A DNA stretch of 64,000 nucleotides, taken from positions 1 through 64,000 of IMG/VR virus record IMGVR_UViG_3300035181_001203; one strand, given 5' to 3'. This DNA comes from a virus. Made by a program: the position numbers and the translations under genes. The first letter of the stretch is position 1. Every line of letters starts with the position of its first letter. The notes under the pieces were generated by a model. It ran no database searches. It was not told the DNA's origin and saw nothing but the letters and a program-made list of their open reading frames with translations. This document shows, piece by piece, positions 47,410-58,018 of this stretch.

Positions 47410-50400
47410 TCTAATCCCCCTTCTTCCCCTCCCCATCCTGATTGTACATAAATAGTAATATCATCATGAACAGTTCCATTAAACTGATACAATTTATAAT
47501 GATTTCCAAGAACTACAGGGCACGGAGGATCCGTAGAAACAACCTTATCAATAACATTTTGACCATAAATTATAGATGTAGCAGTACCTATTGGATTTAT
47601 AGTTAAATTAAACGTATTAATTATTCCATTATATGTAACCGTCAATGTATAAGTAGTACTTACGGTAGGATTGACTGTCACAGATCCATTATTTAAAATC
47701 GGAATATCTCCAGGGGTTATGACGCCTGTTCCAAAATTAAATTTAGCTGTTAAAACTATAGGATCACCTGGATTTATAAAAGTATTACTACTTGCTGTAA
47801 ATGTTGCTTTTAGATTTAATGTAATTGGAATTACATTTGTATCTATTGTATCCGTTCCTAAAGTAACAATTGCATACCAGTTTCCACTCATAGTTGCCGT
47901 AATTTTGTTATACCCATTTACTATTGGAACATTCTCAGGCATTAAAATAGCAGTTGCACCAACTGGCATACATATATACACATTTATAGTATCGCCATAA
48001 TAAATTGGATTAGAAGTATCAATAGAAAAATCAATAATACTAGCCTGTATAGTTTGAGTCATTATTGTTGAGTTATCATTTACTACAAGTTTAAATGATG
48101 TTAATGTTAAACCTGGAAATTGAGATGGAATATCAATTGTTAATGTATTAGATAAAATTAATAATGCATGATCAGACTTACCATTTACATAAATATAAGA
48201 TAATTTATTTTTAACAAAATCACTAAATGTCAAAGTAAATATACCCGTTGTATTAAGCATCGGAGTATAATTAAAAATTAAATCATCAGAAATTGTTAAT
48301 GGTAAAGTTACAACTTCTACCCCTGGATTCAAAACAACTACTGGATCTATCCAAAATGGACTACTCCCTGGAGTTGTATCAACATCATATAATTTATAAG
48401 GAAAATAAACTGGAGTAATACCACCATATATAACTGGTCTATTATAATTATCTCTACCATATTTTGCCGGAATTTCAGGAAGAACATTTCTCAAAGGGAT
48501 ATTGACATCTAAATCCGTAAAAATATCTATATGGACTAACTGAATACCTGTTTGATCATAATAAGTTTTTGAAATAACCAATTTAAAGTATAAGTATTTA
48601 ACAGTATTAGTTATAAATATTGGCATATTATCTAACATACCTGAATCAACTAATGATATATTTATAGTTTCTATTAAATTCCATAATAAACCATCAGAAG
48701 ATCCATAAATACCAAACTGCGAAATACTAGCAGAATAATATTTTAATCTAAATCTAATTCCTTGAATAATTGCTGGAGTTTTAAATTTAAATTGATAAAA
48801 AACACAATTAGGATCTGTTAAATCGTAATTCATGCTTGATGCTATATTTACATAAATTGGATAAGAATATGAACTATCATCAGCATACGTTATAAATAAT
48901 TCTCTTAAGTTTGACTTAATTAAAGAACCCATATAATCTACTTTTGTTGGATCAGCCACCCCATTATTAAAACCAGATGTTAATATGGGTCCAGCATATA
49001 ATACTCTACCTTTAATTCGAGAATCTATATCTGGGATAGGTTCTGTTCCACTATAACTAATCTCAACACTTACATTATCTATTCGCGGTATTTCCTGTAT
49101 AACCCTATTATAACCACCAGCAATATATAAATCTACAATTCCATCATGAATATATACAGATAAATTTGCTCCATATCTTGCTCCCTTACTTAGAGGTCCA
49201 TAAATAACAGTTTTGTTATTAATTATATCATAAATTTCATAATTTTCTCCACCACAAATTGCAATAAGACCAGGTTTATTAATCCCTTCAAGTTTTACAC
49301 AACTTGCATGTAAATGGCCAAATTTAGTATTTCCAATACTAGATATAGAACAACTTTTTTTGTCATCACTCACAACGACTTTATATATTTTATTAGAAAT
49401 AGGAGCATTCATCCAAGTTCTCGGACAAGTTGTTGCTCCACCAAAAATTAAAAATGTATTTAAATCAATTTGAATACAAGTAGATCCATATAATCCAACA
49501 GGCAAATTACCTATACTTCTCATTTCTAATGTCGTTTCATCAAACAAATGAATACTATTAGAAATAGTTTCAGTTTTATATGGAATATACGTATAATTAC
49601 TACTTGTATTTATTTTATATAATGGTGCAGATATTCCAGAAACAGCAACAAACCAACCTTTAGCAGTTGTATATCCTCTTATGGGGGTTTCGCATGCGGG
49701 ATTTGGAGTAAATGGTGGCATTCCCGGATCATTCCAATCAGTATCACCACTACATCTATATGTAGCATCACTCCACCCTTTAGTATCATTATCATAAGTT
49801 GCCGGATAAATTTTTACAACGCCAAAAACAGGAGTGGGTCTAGCATACTTCCAATAAAAAGAATTATTAGTTTGATAAGGAGTAGAACCATATATTATAT
49901 GACCTTGATATACAACTTGTGCATCTGCACTACCGCCACACGAATTACCTCCACAAATATCATAATATTCGTTTTCTGTAATATCTCCATCACTTAATTG
50001 CATTTTTTGATCAACTTCAATTTCTGCTGTTTGTAATGTTGAATATGCTCCACCTATAAATACCGTGCACGTATCTAATTTAACTTTACTTGGATTATAT
50101 GGAGTATCAAAAAATTCATTATTCTTTGGCATTAACCCTTTTTTAACAAATTTGAAACCATCGTATAATTCCCAAAAATGATTTACTTTAACTATTATAT
50201 CAATACTACGAATACTATTAATTAAATAAAAATTTTCACCAATAGTTGAAAAATTACCACAAGCATTACCAAATGGATTATTATTACTTGCATCTGGTGG
50301 AAACATTATATATTGAAATCGTACCTGGTTAGAATAAATATCATATATATTAGTAGATCCATCTATAATTTTATAATCTGAAATATATGTAATATCCTGA

Positions 50401-50765
50401 TACCCATTATTATAAGTTGAATAAATAGCTTTAATGTATTGTTCTTTAACAGTTATACTACCAAGGCTTTTACCAAAAGCTGAAAAATCTAACCAAAAAC
50501 TAGCAGGCGTCGGAAGATTATTATTTTGTTGATATGGAGTCCATCCATCCCACAACGTATAATCAGAATATGTTATTTGAAAAGTTACACTGTCACCTGG
50601 ATATGTAATATTATAAGAAAAATAAAACTTTGCTAGTGCATTTGCTTCAAAATGAACTGCTGATATATCCTGACGATAAACAATACTACTTAAAGTTCCT
50701 TTAAATCCATAAATCGCCTGGCTTGTCGAACTGATGTTATGAGATAATAAAACATAATTTTTCAT
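47406..50765 (-). CDS. Large multidomain virion protein (Kelch-like, discoidin-like, Ig-like)
   Basis: IFGG/ICGG/IAGG Kelch blades; FGIYGSSDGLLW...YLYFKL (F5/8-like); GTGVITPG...TTYTLTVT (Ig-like). Confidence 0.6.
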   Translation of the reverse strand: MKNYVLLSHNISSTSQAIYGFKGTLSSIVYRQDISAVHFEANALAKFYFSYNITYPGDSVTFQITYSDYTLWDGWTPYQQNNNLPTPASFWLDFSAFGKSLGSITVKEQYIKAIYSTYNNGYQDITYISDYKIIDGSTNIYDIYSNQVRFQYIMFPPDASNNNPFGNACGNFSTIGENFYLINSIRSIDIIVKVNHFWELYDGFKFVKKGLMPKNNEFFDTPYNPSKVKLDTCTVFIGGAYSTLQTAEIEVDQKMQLSDGDITENEYYDICGGNSCGGSADAQVVYQGHIIYGSTPYQTNNSFYWKYARPTPVFGVVKIYPATYDNDTKGWSDATYRCSGDTDWNDPGMPPFTPNPACETPIRGYTTAKGWFVAVSGISAPLYKINTSSNYTYIPYKTETISNSIHLFDETTLEMRSIGNLPVGLYGSTCIQIDLNTFLIFGGATTCPRTWMNAPISNKIYKVVVSDDKKSCSISSIGNTKFGHLHASCVKLEGINKPGLIAICGGENYEIYDIINNKTVIYGPLSKGARYGANLSVYIHDGIVDLYIAGGYNRVIQEIPRIDNVSVEISYSGTEPIPDIDSRIKGRVLYAGPILTSGFNNGVADPTKVDYMGSLIKSNLRELFITYADDSSYSYPIYVNIASSMNYDLTDPNCVFYQFKFKTPAIIQGIRFRLKYYSASISQFGIYGSSDGLLWNLIETINISLVDSGMLDNMPIFITNTVKYLYFKLVISKTYYDQTGIQLVHIDIFTDLDVNIPLRNVLPEIPAKYGRDNYNRPVIYGGITPVYFPYKLYDVDTTPGSSPFWIDPVVVLNPGVEVVTLPLTISDDLIFNYTPMLNTTGIFTLTFSDFVKNKLSYIYVNGKSDHALLILSNTLTIDIPSQFPGLTLTSFKLVVNDNSTIMTQTIQASIIDFSIDTSNPIYYGDTINVYICMPVGATAILMPENVPIVNGYNKITATMSGNWYAIVTLGTDTIDTNVIPITLNLKATFTASSNTFINPGDPIVLTAKFNFGTGVITPGDIPILNNGSVTVNPTVSTTYTLTVTYNGIINTFNLTINPIGTATSIIYGQNVIDKVVSTDPPCPVVLGNHYKLYQFNGTVHDDITIYVQSGWGGEEGGLE

Positions 50766-53677
50766 TAGGATAAAACCTCATATCCGGTTGTAACATTACA
50801 TATCATTGGATACATAATACCATTAGAATCAAAACCATCTACGTTAGGATCAAATCCACTATTAGGAACAAATACACGAGTATATAATATAGTTATTGAA
50901 AAATATTCTACATTTGAAACATTTGGAGTAGATATTTTAATTAAATTATAAGCATATGGAGAGGGAGAAGCAGGATTCGTCGTAAAATCTTCACCACTTA
51001 TATATAAAATATCTGAGCATGGTGGAACTAATGTTTTTGTATCTAAAATTGTTGTATATGTATTATCAGAATAAATATTAATTAATATAGAATAAAGTGA
51101 ATTTGGTAAAATTATAGGTCCATTAATAGCACTTAAATTAGCTTTATAAAGATTAGAAACCATTATATAACTACCATTTGTACTGAAAAAATATTCTTTA
51201 TTTAATTCAAGAAATACATTCTCAGTAATAGCAAAAGCTGACTGATTGTTTGTTCCAGGGGTGTCATAGCCACATACAGCGTATGGATTAATCTTCATTC
51301 CATCTGATCTCATAACTATATACTCTTCTAAAACAGTAATATCAATATTAGTATTGTAATAATAATGACATTCAATCTTATGCAATACGTTTGGATTTAA
51401 TTGTACAGGTAGATCACTTAATTTAACATAATCAAAATAACCGCTTGTTATAGACTGATATTCTCCATCATGTCCAAAATAATTAAATAACAAATTATTT
51501 GCAGTAGTATCCATTAATCGTACGTATGCAGTTTTAGGTATTTCGATACCATCAACAAAAGTTTTTGTTGTATATGTCCATAGTTGATCATTATCTCCAA
51601 TTAGTGATGGACTAAGTGTTGTATCTGGCATTCTAATATATCCGGGCCATCTTAAAGGCCACGACGATAATGGTGCGCTGCTATAATTAGACTTAAATAA
51701 ATATTTTAAACTATCTGAATAAGATAATTCATTATATATAAATGGAACTTTAGTAACTGGATTATCGAATCTTTTATATCCAGTTGTATATAAAGTATCT
51801 GTCGTATATAATGAATTTGTTCCAACAACTGAAGCTTCTTCAATATCTAAAGAAACAGTATATGGTGTATTGTTGATATCATAACCACTATCTAATATAA
51901 AATAAAATCCTGCATTAAAATTCAACGCAGCTTGTAACGAAGAGGATGCATCTGTTAAATTTTTAACATTATTATTAATATTTAAATTTGTCGCATTAAT
52001 TATTGCTTGAATAATATATGTTCCATTAAAAAGAAAGTAATTACTATCTAAAGTTAAATCATCATTAATAACGCAATATGATAGATTGTTAAAAACTTGC
52101 TTCCCTTTCATGTAAATTATATAACCTTTAAAATTATTTAAGCTTGTTACTTTTAATTTAACTATTTTTTTATAAAAATTATCATGTTGATAATTAAACG
52201 GAGTAGATTTATTAACTTGTAAAGCTGAATCAAAAGTTGTTCCACCTAAAACGTTAGTATTTTTAATAAAATTCATTGTATATTTATGATAATAATTCTT
52301 ATAAATATACCCTGAACCAAGATATTCAGTATTTATATTAAACACAAGTTGATATTTACCTTCTATAAACACATTCAATTTATCAAGATTTATAAATGTA
52401 TTATGATAAATTCTTTCTGAAGCAACATAAAAGTTATGACTATTTATATAATTAGGAGAACCAATTGGTGCATCAACACTCAATAAAGTATAACTATCTA
52501 TTCTAAAAATATATGTATTAAAACAATTTAAAATTAAATTTCCATTAAATCTTGAACTATATTTTGTGTTTCCACCATCTAAAATATTATTATGTAGCCT
52601 ATAAACAACCGCAAGATAAGATTTTTCTCCACAATAAAAATTCTGGTCAACGCATTGTATATAATTAATAGTTTCGAACAAATTTGGGCTTATTTGATTA
52701 TAATAAACTTTCTTAATTGAGACTATTTCAACATAAATACAACCATTATTATCAATCATTCCATAATGCATTTCAATATTATGACTACTATTTATATAAA
52801 AACTAAGACTATCACTTATTGTATCATCCTGAATAACATTATTAACATAAATATTTAATTTTAATGTATGTAAACTATTTATTGATAAATTAGAAATTAA
52901 TGATGTTAAATCAATTTTACCTTCATAATTTGTAGAATAAACAGGAGCTACAGTTGTTGCTACACTATCTATAACAACTTCTATTTTAGTAATACTATTT
53001 TTATCTAACGTGTTAGAAAACAATCTAAGAGTTAAAATATTTAATAAATCTTTTTCTAACCAATATGATACTACGAATAAATCTGGTAGTGTTGAATCTG
53101 GGAAAGGTAATGTTACATTATCGGTATTCCTGTTTAATAAACTTACTGATGTTTTATTATTTCCTTCACTCACATCTGAAGATGATGAATTTATAGGTTG
53201 TAATTCTGAAATATCATTTGCTCCATAAAATTTTACAATGGTTGAACCATTATCTGCTAATCGCTGATTAACTGGAACTAATTGTGGATTTAAATCTGTA
53301 GAAATAATACTTATATGACCACTATTAATATTTCCAATAACATTATAAACATATTGATATCCATTCCATATTGTCGAACCACTTGGTAAATTAATGGCTA
53401 TTGTCGCATAACATGAATTATTATTACATACAATATTATAGGCTATATCAATATTATCTCCAACATATTGTTGGAATTTTGTAGCATAATCATTATATGA
53501 TATGTTATTATTAAGATATTGAATATTATATGATGTTAAACCATTTATTACTGATGTATATAAATCTTGATATTGATCAAATGGAGTTGAATCATCTAAT
53601 GTTGTATAGAAATAGTTACCATTATTAAAATAGTTATTTGGTAATAAATACCCATCATAAGCAATAAAAATACTCAT
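50765..53677 (-). CDS. Large hypothetical virion protein
   Basis: 970-aa N/Y/I-rich ORF in the structural operon. Confidence 0.55.
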   Translation of the reverse strand: MSIFIAYDGYLLPNNYFNNGNYFYTTLDDSTPFDQYQDLYTSVINGLTSYNIQYLNNNISYNDYATKFQQYVGDNIDIAYNIVCNNNSCYATIAINLPSGSTIWNGYQYVYNVIGNINSGHISIISTDLNPQLVPVNQRLADNGSTIVKFYGANDISELQPINSSSSDVSEGNNKTSVSLLNRNTDNVTLPFPDSTLPDLFVVSYWLEKDLLNILTLRLFSNTLDKNSITKIEVVIDSVATTVAPVYSTNYEGKIDLTSLISNLSINSLHTLKLNIYVNNVIQDDTISDSLSFYINSSHNIEMHYGMIDNNGCIYVEIVSIKKVYYNQISPNLFETINYIQCVDQNFYCGEKSYLAVVYRLHNNILDGGNTKYSSRFNGNLILNCFNTYIFRIDSYTLLSVDAPIGSPNYINSHNFYVASERIYHNTFINLDKLNVFIEGKYQLVFNINTEYLGSGYIYKNYYHKYTMNFIKNTNVLGGTTFDSALQVNKSTPFNYQHDNFYKKIVKLKVTSLNNFKGYIIYMKGKQVFNNLSYCVINDDLTLDSNYFLFNGTYIIQAIINATNLNINNNVKNLTDASSSLQAALNFNAGFYFILDSGYDINNTPYTVSLDIEEASVVGTNSLYTTDTLYTTGYKRFDNPVTKVPFIYNELSYSDSLKYLFKSNYSSAPLSSWPLRWPGYIRMPDTTLSPSLIGDNDQLWTYTTKTFVDGIEIPKTAYVRLMDTTANNLLFNYFGHDGEYQSITSGYFDYVKLSDLPVQLNPNVLHKIECHYYYNTNIDITVLEEYIVMRSDGMKINPYAVCGYDTPGTNNQSAFAITENVFLELNKEYFFSTNGSYIMVSNLYKANLSAINGPIILPNSLYSILINIYSDNTYTTILDTKTLVPPCSDILYISGEDFTTNPASPSPYAYNLIKISTPNVSNVEYFSITILYTRVFVPNSGFDPNVDGFDSNGIMYPMICNVTTGYEVLS

Positions 53678-54003
53678 TGTACAATAGTCCTAAAAAATGC
53701 ACCTGTTATACCATTATTTAATACTAGTGTTGGTAAGACAATTGGCTTATAAGCTATAATTGGCTGTGTAATGTATATATTCGTTTCATATTGTGAAATC
53801 ATGCCATTTGAATTATCTTTAACAGATAATAAAATATGTTTTACACCTAAAGAATCAAATTTAACATAAATTTTTCTACCAGTAAGCGTAATTATATTAA
53901 GATGATCTAAATTTATTTGCCATGAATAACTATAATTTGCATTATGCTTAACTAAATCGTTAGCTATTAATAAAACTTTTGAAAATTGTGGAAAATATCT
54001 CAT
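53674..54003 (-). CDS. PKD/Ig-like small protein
   Basis: YSYSWQI...F..LGVKHILLSVKD. Confidence 0.45.
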   Translation of the reverse strand: MRYFPQFSKVLLIANDLVKHNANYSYSWQINLDHLNIITLTGRKIYVKFDSLGVKHILLSVKDNSNGMISQYETNIYITQPIIAYKPIVLPTLVLNNGITGAFFRTIVQ

Positions 54004-55025
54004 GAAATTTTAATTCCAGAAATAGGATTGGTGTCTAACTCACTGATATTAATTCCAGCAGCTTTTCTATTTACAGAACTTGTATTGTCTATTATTTTAG
54101 CTTTTTGTCTTACTAAATTAGCGTTTCTTTCTATATCACCAGTTATATCTTCATATAAATTACCATCAATCTGTCTTACAACATCACCTTTAATAATTTC
54201 TTTATATAATAATTGTCCACCCATTCCACCAATAGTTTTGTTGTAAATAGTGTTGTGTTGATCATCAACGATCACAGTTTCTATAATACCATTAGAAAAT
54301 ATATTATAAGTTATATAATTTCCACAAACTATTTGAATATCTCCAACTGGTTTTAAAATAATAGTTAAATTAGGATTTCTTTTTTTAGTTGTTGGGTCTA
54401 TATCACCAACAAATACCGTTATTCCGGCTTGTGTAAAATCAATCTGATATTCAAAATTCTCAGACATAGCATCTTCATTATCGTTTGCGCCGTTAATAAA
54501 ATTACGATCACTACCAGAGAAGCATAGTCTAGTAATTACTTCATCACCACTGTTAATAGAAAATACTCTAAAACCAGCCCCCATAGCATCGTAATTTTGA
54601 CATACCGTGCGAATCAGACCCTCAAGACCCGAGTAAATCGTCTGACACAGGGGGCTAGACCCCATCATGCTTAATTTTCCGCGTAACAAGGATAAAAAAG
54701 CACCGTCTGGACCTGAAATCATACGGTCGCCGGGTAAATGTCTATTTAATGGCAAATTTCCACCAAAGCCTGATAAGAACTGCGTTAAGTTATTATCATC
54801 TCTAGATCTGCCGACATACCAACGAGAAATCTTTGATCCACCATCCTCGTCAGTAAAAATAACTGCTATATCACCTAATTCTGGATGGTGTAAGTCTCCA
54901 GACTGTTTTAAACTACATTCAGCATATGAAACATCTTCAGTGAAGAAATTACCATCAATTGAGATAGTATCGCAACACAATCTGTTAACATCAACATAAA
55001 TTATTCTAGCTTCATGATAACTCAT
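54000..55025 (-). CDS. Baseplate spike (gp5/gpV-like) protein
   Basis: N-terminal OB-fold-like region (PELGD) and C-terminal beta-helix-type repeats (IKGDVVRQIDGNLYEDITGD). Confidence 0.6.
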   Translation of the reverse strand: MSYHEARIIYVDVNRLCCDTISIDGNFFTEDVSYAECSLKQSGDLHHPELGDIAVIFTDEDGGSKISRWYVGRSRDDNNLTQFLSGFGGNLPLNRHLPGDRMISGPDGAFLSLLRGKLSMMGSSPLCQTIYSGLEGLIRTVCQNYDAMGAGFRVFSINSGDEVITRLCFSGSDRNFINGANDNEDAMSENFEYQIDFTQAGITVFVGDIDPTTKKRNPNLTIILKPVGDIQIVCGNYITYNIFSNGIIETVIVDDQHNTIYNKTIGGMGGQLLYKEIIKGDVVRQIDGNLYEDITGDIERNANLVRQKAKIIDNTSSVNRKAAGINISELDTNPISGIKIS

Positions 55026-55405
55026 CTAAATTGACCTTTATCATCTATAATTTTAGGAATATCTGTTATTACTTTTGCATTAATTCTTTTATTACAGATA
55101 AGACTTGAAGGTTTTCCAATATAATTTTTAATAACTTTATCTTTTGATAATTCAAAAACTTTAAGACCCAAATCCTCATTTGAAATACCAGGGTCATTCA
55201 TAATGATATCATGTATGTCAGAATCTTCATACAAAATATGAATATGTATATCTATAAAATTATCAATATAATCACTAATCAAACTAGATAAGCTTTTCCC
55301 ATATTTTTGCAAGATTCTTGTAATCAATAACCATTTTCCCATATTCATATGAAATGAAGTTATTCTTCCCATCATTTCTGTCTTTTTAGTATTCTTAATT
55401 TTCAT
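55022..55405 (-). CDS. Hypothetical protein, possible ribbon-helix-helix DNA binder
   Basis: ITSFHM...KYGKSLSSLISDYIDNFI. Confidence 0.45.
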   Translation of the reverse strand: MKIKNTKKTEMMGRITSFHMNMGKWLLITRILQKYGKSLSSLISDYIDNFIDIHIHILYEDSDIHDIIMNDPGISNEDLGLKVFELSKDKVIKNYIGKPSSLICNKRINAKVITDIPKIIDDKGQFR

Positions 55406-55563
55406 GACAGCATCTCGCGCGCTTTAAAAGCAACTACCACAAAAAGAAAAACCAGGGGTTGTTGCATATATGTTCGTATTAGCTGATATTTTATTATTCA
55501 TGAGTATTAAAAAACCAATTAATGATTGTTTTAGATTTGTTAAAAGTGATAAAAATTTCTTTT

Positions 55564-55608
55564 AAAAAAAAAAAAAAAAAAAATAAAGAAAATAATAATA
55601 ATAATAAT
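55564..55608. repeat. A20 homopolymer and (AAT)6 tract
   Basis: Directly visible. Confidence 0.9.
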
Positions 55609-55664
55609 ATATTATTATATATAATATACTCTATCGCTACTCCCATCATTAATCGAACCGACTA

Positions 55665-55934
55665 GAGCACAAGTCCAATGGATCTAAGATCTACACTGTT
55701 CATACCACCGTCCTACAATCATATTTGGGATGACCCTCACACGCGAAGGTGGAAAAAGGGAGGAATCCCAAAACTCGCCTCGCGCACGTAGCCGATTTTT
55801 GAAATACGATTGTAGGGCGGGGGTATGAAGGGTCGAAATACTGATTTTCATGGACTTGTGCTCCCCCTGGAATCCATTATCAACATGAGTGTTGGACCCT
55901 TCAAACACGAAACCCCGACATTTGCCGGGGTTTC
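55665..55934. other. GC-rich structured intergenic element (ncRNA or origin element)
   Basis: Perfect 13-bp GAGCACAAGTCCA/TGGACTTGTGCTC enclosing nested stems; GAAACCCCG/CGGGGTTTC hairpin. Confidence 0.6.
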
Positions 55935-56069
55935 TACCAGATACTTGTGTTACACTAATCACTTGAGGTCGCTCCACTTTCGTAAAACTCTCAAACTTCA
56001 ACAATAAGTGTCACACAATCTTGATATAAAGTCAACTTTTTTTTAAATATTGAAACCAATAATATATTA

Positions 56070-56096
56070 GCAAAATATTAAGTCTTTTTGTTATAA
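56070..56096 (+). promoter_or_regulatory. Conserved promoter motif GCAA-N15-TGTTATAA (copy 4)
   Basis: GCAAAATATTAAGTCTTTTTGTTATAA followed by AGGAGG RBS. Confidence 0.7.
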
Positions 56097-56113
56097 CAAT
56101 ATTAGGAGGAACA

Positions 56114-57781
56114 ATGAATATTGATATTGAAATTGAAAATGGAGTTGAAGAATATTCACTTTTTAATTATTTTTACATAAGTCAACGCTATTTTGCTTCA
56201 GGGATCAATAGAATCACTGGAGAAACTAAAAAATTTATCACAACAAAAGGTTTTGATCAAATTTTAATGTCCTCTAAAAAGGGAATTGAATATAATTTTA
56301 CGAAAAAACATTTCAATCCATATTTATGTGATAAAGAGAAGCTGATTTTTAGGGAATCACAGCTTATTGAAAATCAAAAAATTATAAAAGATATAGGTCC
56401 ATCTAATTTTAGTGGTAATTATGAAGTAGTTAAAAAAAATCAGCCATATAAAGATAATTTTTATTTTGAGACAGTTCCTTTTAAGGTAGAAGGTTTTGAT
56501 CTTTTTAGATATCAAAACGATGATTTGTATTTTACACAGTATCAATCAGATGCTAGAAATAAATTGCCTCAACTTGTGAATGTTTTTGATGCAAATTTGT
56601 ATGAAAAAATTAATATAGTACATGCAGTTAATGATAATGGTGATGATTATTTTGATCTTAATTGTCTTATTCGTATTTGCGATGCAGAACTTGGATATCC
56701 AGATAAGAATTCATTCTATTCTATTATTAGAGCGGCAGGATTTGAAGGGGTTTTTAAACCCCATAAAATAGGTCCATTAGAATTTGTAAACTTAAAAGAT
56801 ATTTTACAGTTTAAAAATGATTGTGGCAACGCTTATATTCAAAAAAACATAAATAAGAAGCTTTCTAAACGCAAATTTGCATTTAGATACTTATATGAAT
56901 ACTTTAAAATTATAGAATCTTTATGTTCTAAACGTAGAAAACAATCAATAGGCTCACAAACTGGGCCTAAAGAATATAAAAAGGAAGAATTTTTACCTAT
57001 TTTTTACGATAATACAATTATGGATTTTAAAATTGTATATTTTAAAGATATTTTTACTATTGAACGTAAACATGAGCTTAAGAAGATTGTTCCAGGGGAT
57101 CCAATCTTCTATATTGATGGTCATTATGACTTTAATACTGGAGCAGTATCCTTTTATAATTTCAAATCAACAGGTGAAATAGTTAAAAAAATAAAAGAGA
57201 AGTTAGGAACAACCACTTCAATTAGATTTGCTAAAGTTATATCTGAATGGCTTCCTAATACATTTGGATATATTCCCCTTATAGTTAAACTAAGTATGTC
57301 TCAAAAAGCAAATCCTTCTCCATTATCCGATAATCTCACTCTCTATACAATTCCGATTAGAGAAGAAGGTTCAAATGAGGTTTTTGGTGCTGAGACGTAT
57401 GTAAATTTATTTGAGTATTTTGCTAACTTTGGCATACACATTCCACAAATACGTAATATGCTTAATGCAAATAGATTTAGTTCTAAGATCTTTACACTTC
57501 TCGATACAACATTTCCAGTTTATAACGTATGTAAGGATACTCGACGTAAAATACATGAATTTGACGAGATAAATGATCAGGATAATGAGCTTATAAATCT
57601 AATGTTTCCAGTAAGTTACGGAGTCTTAGTAATTTCACACATTCTTGAAAAAGCTGGTATATCCAAAAACTCTTATTGGTATTCCAACCTTAATAGGCTC
57701 TGCCAATCCTTCCCCCCTGGAGATGCAATTTCAACCGTCTATACCCCTCCTGAACTTCAGGAATATTTAAATGAGGAATAA
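56114..57781 (+). CDS. Hypothetical protein, 555 aa
   Basis: Long ORF with strong RBS; no motif recognised. Confidence 0.7.
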   Translation: MNIDIEIENGVEEYSLFNYFYISQRYFASGINRITGETKKFITTKGFDQILMSSKKGIEYNFTKKHFNPYLCDKEKLIFRESQLIENQKIIKDIGPSNFSGNYEVVKKNQPYKDNFYFETVPFKVEGFDLFRYQNDDLYFTQYQSDARNKLPQLVNVFDANLYEKINIVHAVNDNGDDYFDLNCLIRICDAELGYPDKNSFYSIIRAAGFEGVFKPHKIGPLEFVNLKDILQFKNDCGNAYIQKNINKKLSKRKFAFRYLYEYFKIIESLCSKRRKQSIGSQTGPKEYKKEEFLPIFYDNTIMDFKIVYFKDIFTIERKHELKKIVPGDPIFYIDGHYDFNTGAVSFYNFKSTGEIVKKIKEKLGTTTSIRFAKVISEWLPNTFGYIPLIVKLSMSQKANPSPLSDNLTLYTIPIREEGSNEVFGAETYVNLFEYFANFGIHIPQIRNMLNANRFSSKIFTLLDTTFPVYNVCKDTRRKIHEFDEINDQDNELINLMFPVSYGVLVISHILEKAGISKNSYWYSNLNRLCQSFPPGDAISTVYTPPELQEYLNEE

Positions 57782-57784
57782 AAA

Positions 57785-57994
57785 ATGAAAATTTTATTAA
57801 AAACCGATAATCGTAAAAGAATTACTTTACCAAAAGAAGCTAATATTAAATCTGGTGATGTTCTTTCTTTTGAAATTTTAGAAACAGGTCAAATTATGTT
57901 GACTCCAGTTGAAATTATTCCTAAGAGGTTAATTAAAGATGGAGTTTTTACAGAAACCAATGAATCCGTTCAAATTATTATTAAGGAAGATTAA
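57785..57994 (+). CDS. AbrB/MazE/SpoVT-family DNA-binding protein
   Basis: KTDNRKRITLPK...IKSGDVLSFEI...GQIMLTPV. Confidence 0.8.
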   Translation: MKILLKTDNRKRITLPKEANIKSGDVLSFEILETGQIMLTPVEIIPKRLIKDGVFTETNESVQIIIKED

Positions 57995-58018
57995 AATCTG
58001 TATTTTTCAGGAGAGATC

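Noticed and set aside
2646-54999. Many short antisense or alternate-frame ORFs nested in long genes (e.g. 2646, 7385, 18577, 24095, 32171, 34308, 47671, 54667)
   Set aside because: Shadow ORFs of well-supported genes, with no RBS or motifs
55684-56007. Overlapping ORFs 55684-56004 (-) and 55825-56007 (+)
   Set aside because: Atypical GC and codon usage, weak start context; region better explained as a structured element
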